Of a stretch of DNA of 64,000 nt, positions 12,391 to 26,054 are shown in pieces. Within the stretch, counting starts at the first letter, position 1. Each line of letters starts with the position of its first letter. The translations under genes were made by a program, and so were the position numbers. The stretch spans positions 186,001 through 250,000 of the forward strand of contig NGBS01001162.1 in assembly GCA_002245135.1 (NCBI GenBank), in the 5' to 3' direction. The notes beneath the pieces were generated by a model. It saw only the letters and a program-made list of their open reading frames with translations. It made no database searches and was not told where the DNA came from. Origin of the DNA: Proteromonas lacertae. Lineage: Eukaryota.

Positions 12391-15300
12391 ATGAGGTTTT
12401 TATTGAGTTTTCTGGCAATATTGAGTATAATATTGTATATATATTTTTTAAATAGGCTTAACAGCAGCTTCATGCACTGTTAAAAGCGATTTGTTAGAGT
12501 TTTCGACTTTAACAGAATCATTTGATAGAGCTGTAACTTGTGAAAGTGATATTGCATCATGTGTCATTGTTCCAAGATTACCACCAGGATTGACTTTATC
12601 CTCCAATTGTGGTATTTCAGGTAAATCAAAAAGCATTCACTCTCAAAAGAAATACACAGTAAAATATGTAAATGATGGTGCTTTATACAGTGGAAGCATT
12701 ACACTAGTTGCTTATGGAACCCTTTCAAGTTGTACTTACGGTGTAAAAGATGGTATTTTCTCTATATCAAAGAGTGAAGCGTTTACTATTCAACCGCCTA
12801 GATGCAATGCTCCAATAAAAAACTGTACTGCCTCTGTTTTACCAACAGGAGTAAAGATTGATAAATTAGGTAAAATTTATACTGAAGGAGTAACAGAAGA
12901 ATCAGCACAACAAACATATACAATTATTTGTAGAGATGACAAAAATGAAGTTGAAATTCCATTAAAATTAAGTATAGGATCAAATTCTGGTTCAACTCCA
13001 CTTCAATATTTTCAATATCCAACAAATGATTTTCCTTTTTACCAAACTAGATTTGCATCAATCACCCCCAATTATATAGGAAGAATAAAACCTGGTAGTT
13101 GTAGAGCTTCATCCTCTATTGCATTTCCTGCTGGAATTACAATGAATGGTAATACTTGTATGATAAGTGGAACATTTAGTGGTGCACATGATTATCACAC
13201 TGTTACAGTAACTGCTATTTCTGAAAATGATCATAGTACTTGCACTTTTAATATTTACATTCGTTATATCACAAATAGTCATGGTAATTATCAATTTGGA
13301 TGGTTAATCAGATTCTATAGATTTGAAACAGCTAGTTGTACAGCTACTTATGATTCTCAAAGCAGTGGTGCAAAAGAATTATTATATGTTGGTGTAAGAG
13401 ATTATGTAAATTACACAACAGGAAAGTCATTATGGCCAGAATATGGTTGGCATTTAGAACAGAAATCTTCATTAAGTTCAATTGGTTTTTATCATGGTGA
13501 TCAGAGAACGTTCTTTGGATACAGTGGTTCTACTAAAGTTTATTATAATAATGCAGGTAATTCTTGGCCAAGACAAGGTCCTGAAGATTGTTCAACACCT
13601 ACATCTGATTTAATAGGTGGATTAAAAGAAAGAACCGAAATACATCAACATAGAGGTATTGGTGCTGATAATCAATTTAGATATGAAGTTCAGGTAGGTG
13701 CAGCTAGTGGAGGTCCAGTTGGAACAGGTGTATTTATTGGTCCTGATAAAATAGCTCATCAACATCTAGGATTATTTGAATATTCTTTGATGAAAGCAGT
13801 TTATCCAGCTCACACTCCAATTCCTGCTAATAAACCAGTATTACAAGCATGGGTAACTGCTCGTAAAGTTAATAGTTATGAAATCGATAGAGATTTACCA
13901 ATTGGTTTAGAATTAGATACAAAAACAGGTTATATTACTGGTTATACTGATGAAATAATACCATCCACTTTATATACAGTCACAATGAGAGGAATTGATA
14001 ATAAAGTCGATAATAATCCTCCATTTACAATGACATGTCAATTGGATTTAGAAATTAGAGAATTTACAGCTCCTGAAGATCAATTCGTTTGTGATGCATT
14101 TGTTATTGATATTTTTGAAAATTCCGAAATAGAACCAATTACTTGTACAAGTAAGAATTCAATGAAAATAATATATCATTCAACAGATTTACCAAAAGGA
14201 TTATCATTAAGTGAAGATGGTGTAATTAGTGGAACTGCAGCAGAAAAAGTGTCAGGGCATGCTTCAACAATATATGGATATACAATAAATGGTGTAACTG
14301 CAAAACAAATTACATTCCATGTAAGACCAACTTGCAATTTCAATATATTTTATTTCATTTACACCTTAAGATATCCAGGAACATTATTTACTGTTAAACA
14401 AGGAGATGAGATATTGTTTACTAGTAATTCTTATGATTCACTAGATGATCAAATAACTAGAATGGTTTGTGTAAAAGAAGAAGCAAGTATAAAATTGATA
14501 ATTAATAGTAACGCAATATTGGGAGGTAATTTTAAAGTTCGTAAAGGTGATGATTTAATTATATATTCTGGTAAAGTAGAAGATATAATCGATCAAAGAG
14601 AAATAGATATAGAATTTCCATCAGATGGAGTTCCAGTTGTTACATATCCTGATATGACAGAATTAATAGTCGGTTTTGATTATTATATGTCTCCAAAAGT
14701 TAAAAATGGAGCATCATTATTTGAAATTGATACTATCATTGGAGGTTTAAGTTTTGATAAGGAAACTGGTGCTATTTATGGAACTGTGACTTCAGCAATC
14801 AGTAACCCTATTGTTGTTCATGTAACAGCCACTAATTCACATGGTAAAAGTAATGTGACAGATGTAGCATTAAGATCATCAAAATGTGAAGGTGATAGAC
14901 AATTCTTCATTCTTCACGCTAGTATAGGTGAAGCTGATAATGGAATTGCTTCAATTGTTGTTACTAAGAAGTCTGATCAAAGTGTTATATTGTCAGTAAA
15001 TCAAATTATTTCTACAACATTTGATAAATCATTTTGTGATACACAAGGCGATTATACAGCTACTTATACATTTACATCTGTTTCAAGTATTGAAATAGAA
15101 TTAGAAGGTGTTGGAGTTTTTACTCCATTATCTCCAGGTACAAATAGTGTTCAAGATTTCTTTGTTCAAAGAGTATATACAGGAAGTGGTATTTGGAATT
15201 ATACTTCAACATATTACCCTGATTGGATTACAATGACTGAATGTAAGGATTGGTTTCGTGGTACAATAGGCTCATTTCCAGAACCAAGCGGTATTGTAAG

Positions 15301-18300
15301 ATACTATAAATATGGATTTAAAGTTCCAAATACTCAGTTAAGTAATGCAATAATGTTAAGTCTAACTTATGCAGGTGGTATAGCTACTTATATTAATAAT
15401 CATCTTGTTTACCTAAATAATTTACCTGATAATTATACAAGTGAATCAGAAAGTATTGGATCAACTGCAATACAAACTGTTGAAGTTGCTGTAATGAAGT
15501 CCTATTTCAAAGTAGATGGAAGTGATAATTATATTTCAATAGAATGTCATTTCCAATCATCAATGAGTAAAAAAGATAATTTGAATATTGATATACAGTA
15601 TATGGGAGTTAATCAATGTGTAGCAGTATCAAATCCAACAGACATAAAAATTATTGCATTTGCAGAAGAAGGAGCAGAATCAGTAACTGATGCTAAAATT
15701 TATGATAGAATATTACCTCAAGATTATGTTAATTCTATTTATGGAAAAGAAGATAGTGGATTTGTAAGATATAATTTTGAGAATTATAATGCCTATGGAA
15801 ATACATGGTTTAAATATATTTACCCATATCCAGTATTGATTACACAGTATTACATGAGTTCAGATAATAGCAATGATCTTAATAGCTATGCAATTAGTTG
15901 GGATGTATTAGGATCTAATGATAATAACGAATGGAATTTATTACATTCAATGAGAAGATCTGCTCAACCAAAAGCAAATGAAGATAAATCATTTTTTATA
16001 CCAAATATAAATGAGCATTATAAATACTATTTGTTTAATATTACCTCAAGAGGTGAAAATAGTCAAGCATTAGCACCAACATTTAGAACAGCAGGTATTT
16101 TACCTTCTACTTGTAATTACCCAAAATCATGTGATGATATTCCAATGGGAAGTAATAGTTATTTCATGTGTCCAGAAGGTCAAGAATCAAATGTAAAAAC
16201 TGCTACTTCTGAGCCAATAAGAATAGTAAGAGAATGTCGAAATGTGAATGGTGTTCCAACTCTTCAACCTGATGATTATGGTGGTAAGACTTGTTCAAAA
16301 GTAAAGATAGTGTTTGATGCTTCTAATAATAAAGTGACTGGTTTTATAGGTAAAGAAGTTCCAACTTATAGAGCATTTTTATCAGTTGATAGAGAAACAA
16401 CCACAACAATAACATCTGATCCACAATTACCTGCTGGAATAAAGATAGATCAACTAAGTGGAAGAATCTATGGTATTCCAACTGAAGGAAGAGAAGCTAA
16501 AGCTTATACAATTACTGTTACAAATGATGCTTATCCAGAAGGAGCAAGAACCATTTCTAGAACTATTAATTTAGAGGTGTTAATACCAAAATGTCCAGCT
16601 TCGGAAGATGGAATTTGGCCGGAAACTGAGATTAATATTGTTGCTAATATTTCATGTGGTTTAGAGTATTTTGGTCAAATGACAAGAGAATGTAAATTAG
16701 ATGAAAATGGTGATCCTCAGTGGAGTGAAATAGATAGATCAGGTTGTAGTGATAAAGTTCAAACTAATTGTCGATATTCTTCTGATGAAGTGTCATTTGA
16801 TTTATATGAAAAAGGAACATATACTTGTACTTGTGATGATGTTCCAATCTCAATTAGAATTGAACCAGAATTGCCAAATAATTGGAGATTATTAGATACA
16901 GGAAGTATTCAATATGTGATTGACAATGAATTTGATATTGATTATACAATAACATTTGTATCAAAAGATGGTTATGAACAGATTGTGAAATTAAGAATTA
17001 CATCTTTACCTTCTGTTGAAAGTTGTAGTTATGGATTTGATAATAATGAATTGAAATTATACAAAATGTATGTTGATATAGCAGGTCCAAAATGTGTTGG
17101 TTATTTTACTTCTGCATCAGTAAGTAGTTCAACTCCATTACCAGATGGATTAGTACTTAATGGAAGAACAGGAGCAATAAGTGGATATTTGACAAATGAA
17201 ATACCAACAGAAGGAGTTGATGTGAATATAGTAATAGCTGATGCAAAGAATTCAATTACTCTAACATTAAAATTCAAGAAGAATGATGAAGGTAATTTAT
17301 TGACTGGATTTAGAGCTTATGGAATGAAACCTTATTCTGCATCTGAATTTAGTAATGAATTATGGAGTAAATTATTTGATGGATCAAAAACTTTAAGTGG
17401 TCCAACAATAATGACAAAATCAGTTTATCCAGAAACATCAGATGATTCGCCAGATTTCCCTTCTTCAGAAATGGTTGCTATAAGAGCTGAAGGATATTTA
17501 AAGATTACTGAAGCAGGTAATTATGTTATAAAATATAGAGTAAAAAATAATGGTAATGTTGTTATTCCTGGATTTAAAGATATAAAAACACCATCAACTG
17601 CTTGGGATAATGTGCAAACAACAACTGTGAGTTTCAAACCTGGATATGTCTATACTGGATTGTTTTTAGGTCTTGATGGTAAACCTTACAGTACTGATAT
17701 ACAAATAAAGAAAGAAAGTGAAGCTGATGGAAGTTATAAAGATTTGAGTGGAATGATGTATCGTGGCTGGCTTTATAATTCAACATGTAGATTATTCTTC
17801 ATTTTCTTACATTATAATGGCAAGAACTGATTATAAAATCATACCTACATTTGAAGGAGTTCCATCTAAATGGAGAATATCTCCCAGTGTAAATAGATTA
17901 ACATTCGATGAAAATACTGGTATTATTTCAGGTCAAATTGATAGTTGTGAAGGATATACAACAACAACATTTACAGTAACAGCATATTCTGATGATGGTT
18001 TATCATCTAGTTCAGATTCATTTAGAATAATTTGTGTTGATGAAACTGTAGAATTATTGAAAGGATTAAATACAATTGTTTATACAATAGATTCTCCAAA
18101 TTTGAATGGATTTACAGATCCAACAACTTCTGGAGGTTTAAAAAAGATACTAGAAATAATTGACAATCCAAATCATGTGAGAAGTGATGATATATGGAAT
18201 GGATTTTCCGTTTTAACAATATATAGTTTTATAGCTGATTATAATGGTTTTATAAAAGTAGAACAACTTGGTGATTATGTAATAACAATGAAATGTTATG

Positions 18301-21300
18301 ATTATTGTAGATTATATTTAGCAAGGCAAGACAAAACAATAGAAATAACTGGAAGAGGATATGATATAAAGACAATAAATGTGAATTTTGCAGAAATAAG
18401 GTATTATCCAATTAGAATAACATATACAAAAGGAAGTGATGATATTGCAAAACAATTAGAAGTAAATATAGTTTCTTCCTCATTAGAAATTGAATCACAG
18501 CCAATAGATAAATTCTTATATCATACTCCAAAAGCAGTTGTAGAGTATAAAACTTCTTATATCGAAATGTATGAAACAGAAAGTGTTGATATAGAATTAA
18601 ATTCATTCCAAGTTGATTTGACTGATGCAAAATTCAAAGTAAATCCATCATTACCAACTGGCTTGTCTTTAACAAGTGATGGAAGAATTAGTGGAACTCC
18701 AAGTAGAGAAACTGATTTACTTGAATATAAACTATCTGTAACATTTTCAAATGGAGATACTGATAGTAGTTCAATTTGGATGAAAGTTTTGAAGAATGAA
18801 AAGAGTGAATTGAAATATCCAGCCAAAATAACAGCTTCAACTGGTTCTGAAGTAAATGTTGGTCCAACTAATTTTACAAATTGTATTGGTTTTACAGTTA
18901 ATAAATTGCCAAATGGTTTTACAATGAATTCCAAAACTGGATATATAACAGGTAAAGGTATGTCCGAATATAGAGAAGATATAACAGTAACATGTTTATC
19001 ATCCAATCCAGTTACATCAACAATAACATTTGAAATAAATGGTTGTGGATCTGGAAATTCGTTCTTTACATTTGAATATCAAATTAATTCTAATCCTGAA
19101 GGAGTATCATTTGAAATTGGTTATAATAATTTGGTGATATTCCCACCAGAAGGATATGATGTAATACCTGAAGTGAATAAGAATTATAAATATGGAACTT
19201 GTATTATTTCTACAATAACATATAAATTGAATATCAAATGTAAATCATCGAGTGGTTATGTGAAATTATATTATGGAGATTTGTTGATTAAATACATAGA
19301 ATTTAGTAGTGATGATAGTTATTCATTCCAAATGAAAGATCATTCAAATGAAAAACCCAGATTTGAATATGAAAATAAGAATGTATTAGGATTTGTGAAG
19401 AATTTGAAAATGACATTTAGTCCAGTTTTAGTTTATAATGGTGCAAATGACTATAGTTATATAGGTGCTCTTCCAGATGGTATAAAATTTGATGTGAATA
19501 CAGGTGCTTTATTTGGTACATTAACATCAACTGATATTTCCACAAGTTTAACAATAACAGCCACAAATAACTATGGCGATTCTGATGAAGTGAAAGTAGA
19601 AATCAGAGGAATAATCTGCCCAAATGAAGGATTTAAAATTAGATTGCTAAGTGATGATGTAAAAAGAGGTACAGATGAATTACCTTATAAACCGTTTTAT
19701 TATTTGTGGAAATCATCTAGCCTATTATCAAACATTTCACTAATAAGCCAAAGAGATATTTCTAATTTATATTGTCTTGAAAGTGGATCATACAAATTAA
19801 CATTTGGTAATTTAGCTGGAACAACAGCATGGAAATTCTCAGAAATATTAGTATATATGTTAGATGAAGAAGATAATGAAGAAACAATAGTGAGAGATTA
19901 TTATCGAGGTGGAAATGAAGAAGGAAATTCAATTGATATAAACTTCAAAAAGTATTTAAGTCCATCAACTAAATGGTCATATTCTGATGTTGCTCAAACA
20001 AGTGAATCATGGAAAGAAGGATTATTAGAAGGTGAAGTATTAGAAGGACCAGTGTTTAATGAAATGACTAAAATAACAAGATATTATATAACTCAATTTG
20101 ATTTTGGTGATGAAGATTCTGTTAATGATATATCTAGTTTTATAATTAACCTAAAATTTGAAGGAGGAATGATATTATACATAAATGGTGATGAATATTA
20201 TCGATATAATTTACCATCTGGAGAAATAACCTCTGAAACACCTGCTACATCAAATAATGATTTGAAGAATAGAAAAATAAAAGGTCCAATATCGTTATTC
20301 AATATTGGAATAAACACAATAGCAATAGAAATTCATAGAACTACAAGTGATGTTAAAGGAGATAGTTTTATATCAAAATCATTATATATTACATCAGGAA
20401 TGGAAAGTTGCATTAATGATAAATATGAAATAACTGAAATAGAAGGAAATTATAGAGATCAAGAGTATAAACCTGATAAAGTAGAAGATAGAGAAGTAGC
20501 AGAAAATTTGATTGATGGTAAACTTGGCACTAAAATGTATGTTAAAGGAGCACATAATGATGCTTATTTACAATTTGATTTTACTGAAGATTATTACCAA
20601 TATTTCAATTCATACATTGTAAGAGGATATCATGAGACAAGTGATATACCATCAAGAGAAATTGGTACATTTAGTGTTTATGCTGAAGATGAAAATGATG
20701 GTAATTATTTATTAGGAAGTAATAGTGAAAAATATGGTACAAACTATGGAAGATATAAACCTGATGTAATTAGTACTAAAGTGCCATTAAAACCAATGAA
20801 ATCAATGAGAATAGAATTTGTAACTGAATCAAGTGGTGGTGAATTTACTGATGTATTACCTGCAGTATGTCGAAATATGTGTTTAAGAGATGGAAAATGG
20901 TCACCAGCCTATATAGGAACAAAATCTAAGATAAATTGTGGATTTAATACAGAAGCAGGTGATGAAAGAGAATGTTTAGATATGAATGGTTCACCAATGT
21001 GGGGAGATGAAATAGAAATCTGTAGTAAAAGATGTAATGATAATGATGAATATGGAATTGGAGTTCCAGGTGGTGAATCAAAACAATATAACTGTGGAAA
21101 TGGTTATAATGGTTATACCTATAAATATTGTTCAATGGTTGAACCAGTTGAATATAGTGAAGTAAAGAGAGATAAATGTATAGGATGGTATCCATCGTCA
21201 GTTACATATTCCTCAGTTGAAGGATATGTAGGTAAAACAAGTATAAAAGCAGAACCAAATTTTGTGAAAGATTCTGAGTTGAGTTTATCATTCCGAAGAA

Positions 21301-24300
21301 AAGATGGAAGTGAAGAATTACCAAATGGATTAAGTATAGATAGTGAAAGTGGTATAATAAGTGGTATAATAGCTGAAGATGCAAGTGTTAAAACATATCA
21401 TATGACAATAGAAATAGTTGGAACAAGAACAATTGAAAGTGAATTTGATATAGTTGTGAAAGATGTGACATGTCCAATTGATTCAGGATTTCCAGCTACA
21501 AAAATAGGTGAAAAAGCTGTAATACCATGTGTAATAGGAGAAGAAAATGATAAAAATAAAACCAGAGATTGTACATTTGATGAAGCAATCAAAGCTCCAA
21601 AATGGGGAATAATAGATGCAAGTGCTTGTGGATCAACTGCCATACCTGTAGTGAAATATTCAAATGAAGGAAAGATGATATTTACAATAGATGTAGAAAG
21701 TTCAAGTGAAATACCTGAAAAGACTGATGTAACAAAACTAGAATTAAATGATTTAGATGGTTTAAAAACAAATTATGGATTAATATTTGATATAGCAACT
21801 GGTGAAGTATTTGGAAAATGTAAAAAAGAAGATATAGATGTTGAATATACAGTAACTCCATATAATGGTGAAACTAAAGGAGATGGTGTAACAATACAGA
21901 TTACATGTGAATATGGAAAGCCAGAATCAATTTTATATGATAAATCCAATGTAATAGCTTATATAGGTGGTGAAGAAATAACATTAACTCCAATTGTAGT
22001 TGGTCATGCTAGTTCATATGAAATAAGTCCAAATGTTGAATTAGAAGCTATAGGAATAGTGTTTGATACAACAACAGGTATAATTGTAATAAATGCCAAA
22101 AGTGATTTAGAAATGTCAGAATATACTATAAATGCTTGTAATGGAGAAAATTGTGCTTCAACGAAAGTATCAATAGATTTAAGATATAAAAGACCAGAAT
22201 CAATATCCTATCCTCAAAATGAATATGTATATACAATAGGAGATTCAGTTGAATTAATTCCAGTAGAAGAAAAACAAGAAGGTGTAAAATATGAAATAAT
22301 TCCATTATCAATCTTAACAAATATTGGTTTATCATTTGATGATAAAACTGGTAAATTAAGTGGAAGAGTAAGTAAAGCATTATCAAAGAGTGATTTTACA
22401 TTAAAAGCATACAATCGAGATGGTGAATCAACATTTACATTTTCATTTGCTGTTGCTTATGGAGAACCACCTGATATAAAATATGCAAATGATAATGTAG
22501 TTGTATTTGCAACAGAATATACATTGATAGAAAAACCAGCTGAAAGTAGTGATTCAAGTTTAGTATTTACAATAGAACCAGATCTTCCAACTGGTTTATT
22601 TATGATACAAGGAACTGGAAGAATAGAAGGAATATTAGAAAATCCATTTGAAGCACAATTATTTACAGTTACAGTTAGAAATGATTTAGGAGTGAAAAAT
22701 ACAACCATAACATTGAAAGGTATTTGGCCTGCTCCAAAACTTTTAGTATATCAACCAACAGATATTAAAATAGCAAAGGGAGAAGAATATGAATCAGCTA
22801 AACCATTAGTATCAGATCATATAACATTATTTGAAAGTGAACCACCATTACCATCTCCATTTACAATAAATCAAACAAATGGTGTAATCTATACAACATC
22901 TTCTCCAATCAGTGATTTATCAAAATCATCATATATGATAATTGCTTCAAATGAAGCAGGTAAAATAAATACGACAATAACAATAGCTGTGACAAATCCT
23001 CCACCTGTTATTGTTGGTTATATTGAATCATCAGTAACATTTGTAATAGGTGTAGAGAAAAGAGTAGAAGGACCAAGAAAAGCTGAAGGAAGTGTAATAG
23101 ATAAATTCTCAATGAATACAGATACATTAAAGAAAATAACAGAATGTGGGTTAACATTTAGTGAAGTTGATGGAAGTATAAGTGGAAAAGCCACAAGTGC
23201 ATTAGAATCAACAACAGCAACAGTTTTTGCAAGTAATGATGGTGGTGATGGTAATTCCGTGCAAATAACAATAATGATAAGTGAAGCTCCTCCACAGAAC
23301 TTGGAATATGCAGATCCATTGAAATTATATATAGGTATTGCTAATAATGTTGGTCCAATTAAGCATGATAGTTCAATAACATCATATAGAATAAGTGATG
23401 ATGATAGAAAATTTTTATTGAATGAAAGTATAACATTTTTAACAGAAAGTGGTGAATTTAATGGTCAAACAAAGACTGTATTTGATAGAACTGTAACAGT
23501 ATCTGGTTGTGATAAAAATGGTATATGTGTAGAAGCAACTGTAAATATAAACAGTGTTTATCCAAAACCAGGTACTTTAGGTTATGCAAGTCAAACAATG
23601 AAAGCAATAATTGGTGAAACATTTAGTTCTGGAATTCCAACAAAGAATGGTCAAGTTAATGAAATTAAAGAAGGAGAAAATTTCCCTTCAGAATTTAAAT
23701 TAGACCATAATACAGGTGAAATAACAGGAGAAGGATATACTACAAGAATTTATCCAGCTGTAAAATTCACAGTTATTACAAGTAATGCTGAAGGTGATAC
23801 TCCAACAGATTTATCATTAGAAGTAATTTATCCCAAACCAACTAAGGTAGAATACACTTCCAATAATTTCACATTTACACAAACTGAATATAGTGAAACA
23901 AGTGAAGCTACAACCGATGCTGAATATATAATCGAATATTCCTACAGTCCAGTTACATTAGCTCAATATGGTTTAGAATTTGAAAAATCAACAGGTAAAA
24001 TATTTGGATCAGCGACCAAATATTCATCAACACCATTAACATATACAATAACAGCCACAAATGCAGATGGAAGTGCAAAAACACAAATAAAGATTTATAT
24101 GGTTTATCCAGCTCCAAAATCAGTAAGTTATAAGAATGAAAATATGGTATTTACGATGGGATTAAACACTGTATCTGAAAAACCAGTAGTAGAAGGAACA
24201 GCGACTAGTTTTACAATTGAACCTGATGTTTCATTATATGGTTTAAAATTCAACACTAAAACAGGTCAAGTATCAGGAAATTCCGAAATTGAATTAAAGA

Positions 24301-25955
24301 AAACAGAATTTACAGTAACAGCCATAAATGAAAAAGGATCCGTTGATACTACAATCACAATAACAATAAATTATCCTAAACCAACTAAAATATCATATGG
24401 AATAGAATCAATGAAAATGACATTAGGACAAAAAGTGTCTTATAAAGCAACAATAAATGCAGGTGGTTATAAAGTAAGTGTAAAACCAGCTTTACCAAGT
24501 GGATTAGAAATAGATGAAAAGACAGGTACAATAGAAGGAACACCAACTGAATTATTAGAAGAAGCTAAAACATATACTGTAACAGTAACAAATAGTGGTG
24601 GTTCAGCATCTGTAGAAATAGCAATATCTGTACTTCAACCATTAGTAACTGATTGGAAATATAATGTTCCAACAAAACCCAATTCCCCATTTACATTATT
24701 AGTGAATTTTGGAGAAGAATTTGATTCAGGAATTCCAACCTATAAAGGCCATTTTGATTCTTTGACAATAGATGCTTCAAATCTTGAATCTGAAGGATTT
24801 ACAGTTGATGAAAGTAATGGTCGAATAAGAGGAAAAGCAAAGAACAATAATAAAGAAGTGAAATTCACAATAAATGCAATAAATAGTGGTGGAAGTCAGA
24901 GATTCACAATAACATTAAATATCTATTTCCCATTACCTAAATCCTTATCTTACACTAATCCATTAGTAGCAATAGTAAATGAACCAATAGAACCTGCAAG
25001 TCCAAAATTTGATGGTGAAATGCAAAGTGCTTTTTCATTTATGCCTGCTTATTTGAATTGTGAAGGATTATCAATGAGTCAAACAGGTATAATAACAGGA
25101 ACAACAACAACTGAATATGATAAAGTAATTGAAATATCTTATGGTAATTATGATCGTGGATTTATAAAATTCAATTTGACAATAATATCAACCAAACCAT
25201 CTTGTTTATCCACTGGAAAATGGCCAGTAACGAATTATGGTTCAATAGCGACTATATTATGTGATGATCCATTAATAGGATTCAAGACTCGTTATTGTTA
25301 TAAGAACAATATAACAGGAGCAGGAGAATGGGGAAGTATAGTTGATGGATGTGTAAAAGCAACTCCAGTAATTGAGAATAATATAGGTAAAGTATTATTT
25401 AATTTAACATTACAAGGAAAACCATTTAGTGTATATGGAGATAAAGAAGTAGTAGCAATAGCTGAAGTAATAGTAAGATTGATTAATAAAGCTGAAATAA
25501 ATGTAACAAATACAGCAGTTGTATTACAAGATGCTTCATCTCGTAGAAGAAGAATATTACAAACATATTCTGTAATAGCTAAAACAACAGTAACAGCTCC
25601 ACTGAAAATAGCAAAAGAAGTAAAAAATGAAATATCAACATTAAGTGATATGGGAATTAAAGTAATAGATGAATTCTCAAAATCTTCAAATGATATTATA
25701 AGAACAATAGATTATGTTGAAGTATCTCAACCAAATATTGTAGCACGTGATGAAAATGGAGATAGTGATAGTTCTAATAGTGAAGATGCAACTCTTTATA
25801 TAATAATTGGTGCATCTTGTGGTGGTTTTGTATTGATTTTATTGTTGATATGTGGAATGTGTTGTTATTGTAGAATGAAATCATCTGATAGAGGTAGCAG
25901 TGGTGGTAGTAGTAGAAAGACTCCAGCAAAGAAACCTAAAGGTGTTGCTGCTTAA
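12391..25955 (+). CDS. Giant (~4,510 aa) type-I surface protein with He_PIG-like Ig repeats, PA14-like, galactose-binding-like and HRM-like Cys domains; +1 frame break at ~17764-17777
   Basis: Signal peptide MRFLLSFLAILSLTAA after removing intron 12425-12455. Many LPxGLxxDxxTGxIxG repeats and CP..DG.WP.T...C...G...R.C....W....C modules. RRRRIL motif, then the TM helix LYIIIGASCGGFVLILLLICGMCCYC and a short basic tail. ORFs 12491-17830 and 17763-25955 overlap in the +1 frame. Confidence 0.8.
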
Positions 25956-25978
25956 ACATTTATATTATCATAATTATT

Positions 25979-25986
25979 TGTTTGTT
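25979..25986 (+). promoter_or_regulatory. TGTTTGTT downstream element (candidate polyadenylation signal)
   Basis: Starts 24 nt after the stop. Identical to the motif described downstream of Blastocystis poly(A) sites. TGTT-rich tracts also follow several other stops. Confidence 0.4.
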
Positions 25987-26054
25987 TATAATATTAACAA
26001 AAGAACAGATTATTAAAGAAAGAATTTAATAATAAAAAAACTATAATTTGAAAT

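Noticed and set aside
11544..12636. Two near-identical 62-aa minus-strand ORFs
   Set aside because: They are antisense shadows of the duplicated + strand exon, which has the signal peptide and intron.
17822..17831. Shared AAC-TGA-T shifty-stop motif at the surface-protein and PPR breaks
   Set aside because: Both upstream frames end AAC TGA T, but internal repeat alignment places the surface-protein shift about 55 nt earlier, and the Pol lambda site lacks the motif. Probably a coincidence of ACT GAT codons read out of frame.
18412..22708. Antisense ORFs inside the giant genes (also 28153-39366 on +, and others in the ORF track)
   Set aside because: Short shadow ORFs of codon-biased long genes, with no recognisable motifs.
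25956..26054. Blastocystis-type stop codons created by polyadenylation
   Set aside because: A TGTTTGTT motif is present, but every gene whose 3' end lies in the window has a genomically encoded TAA, TAG or TGA.
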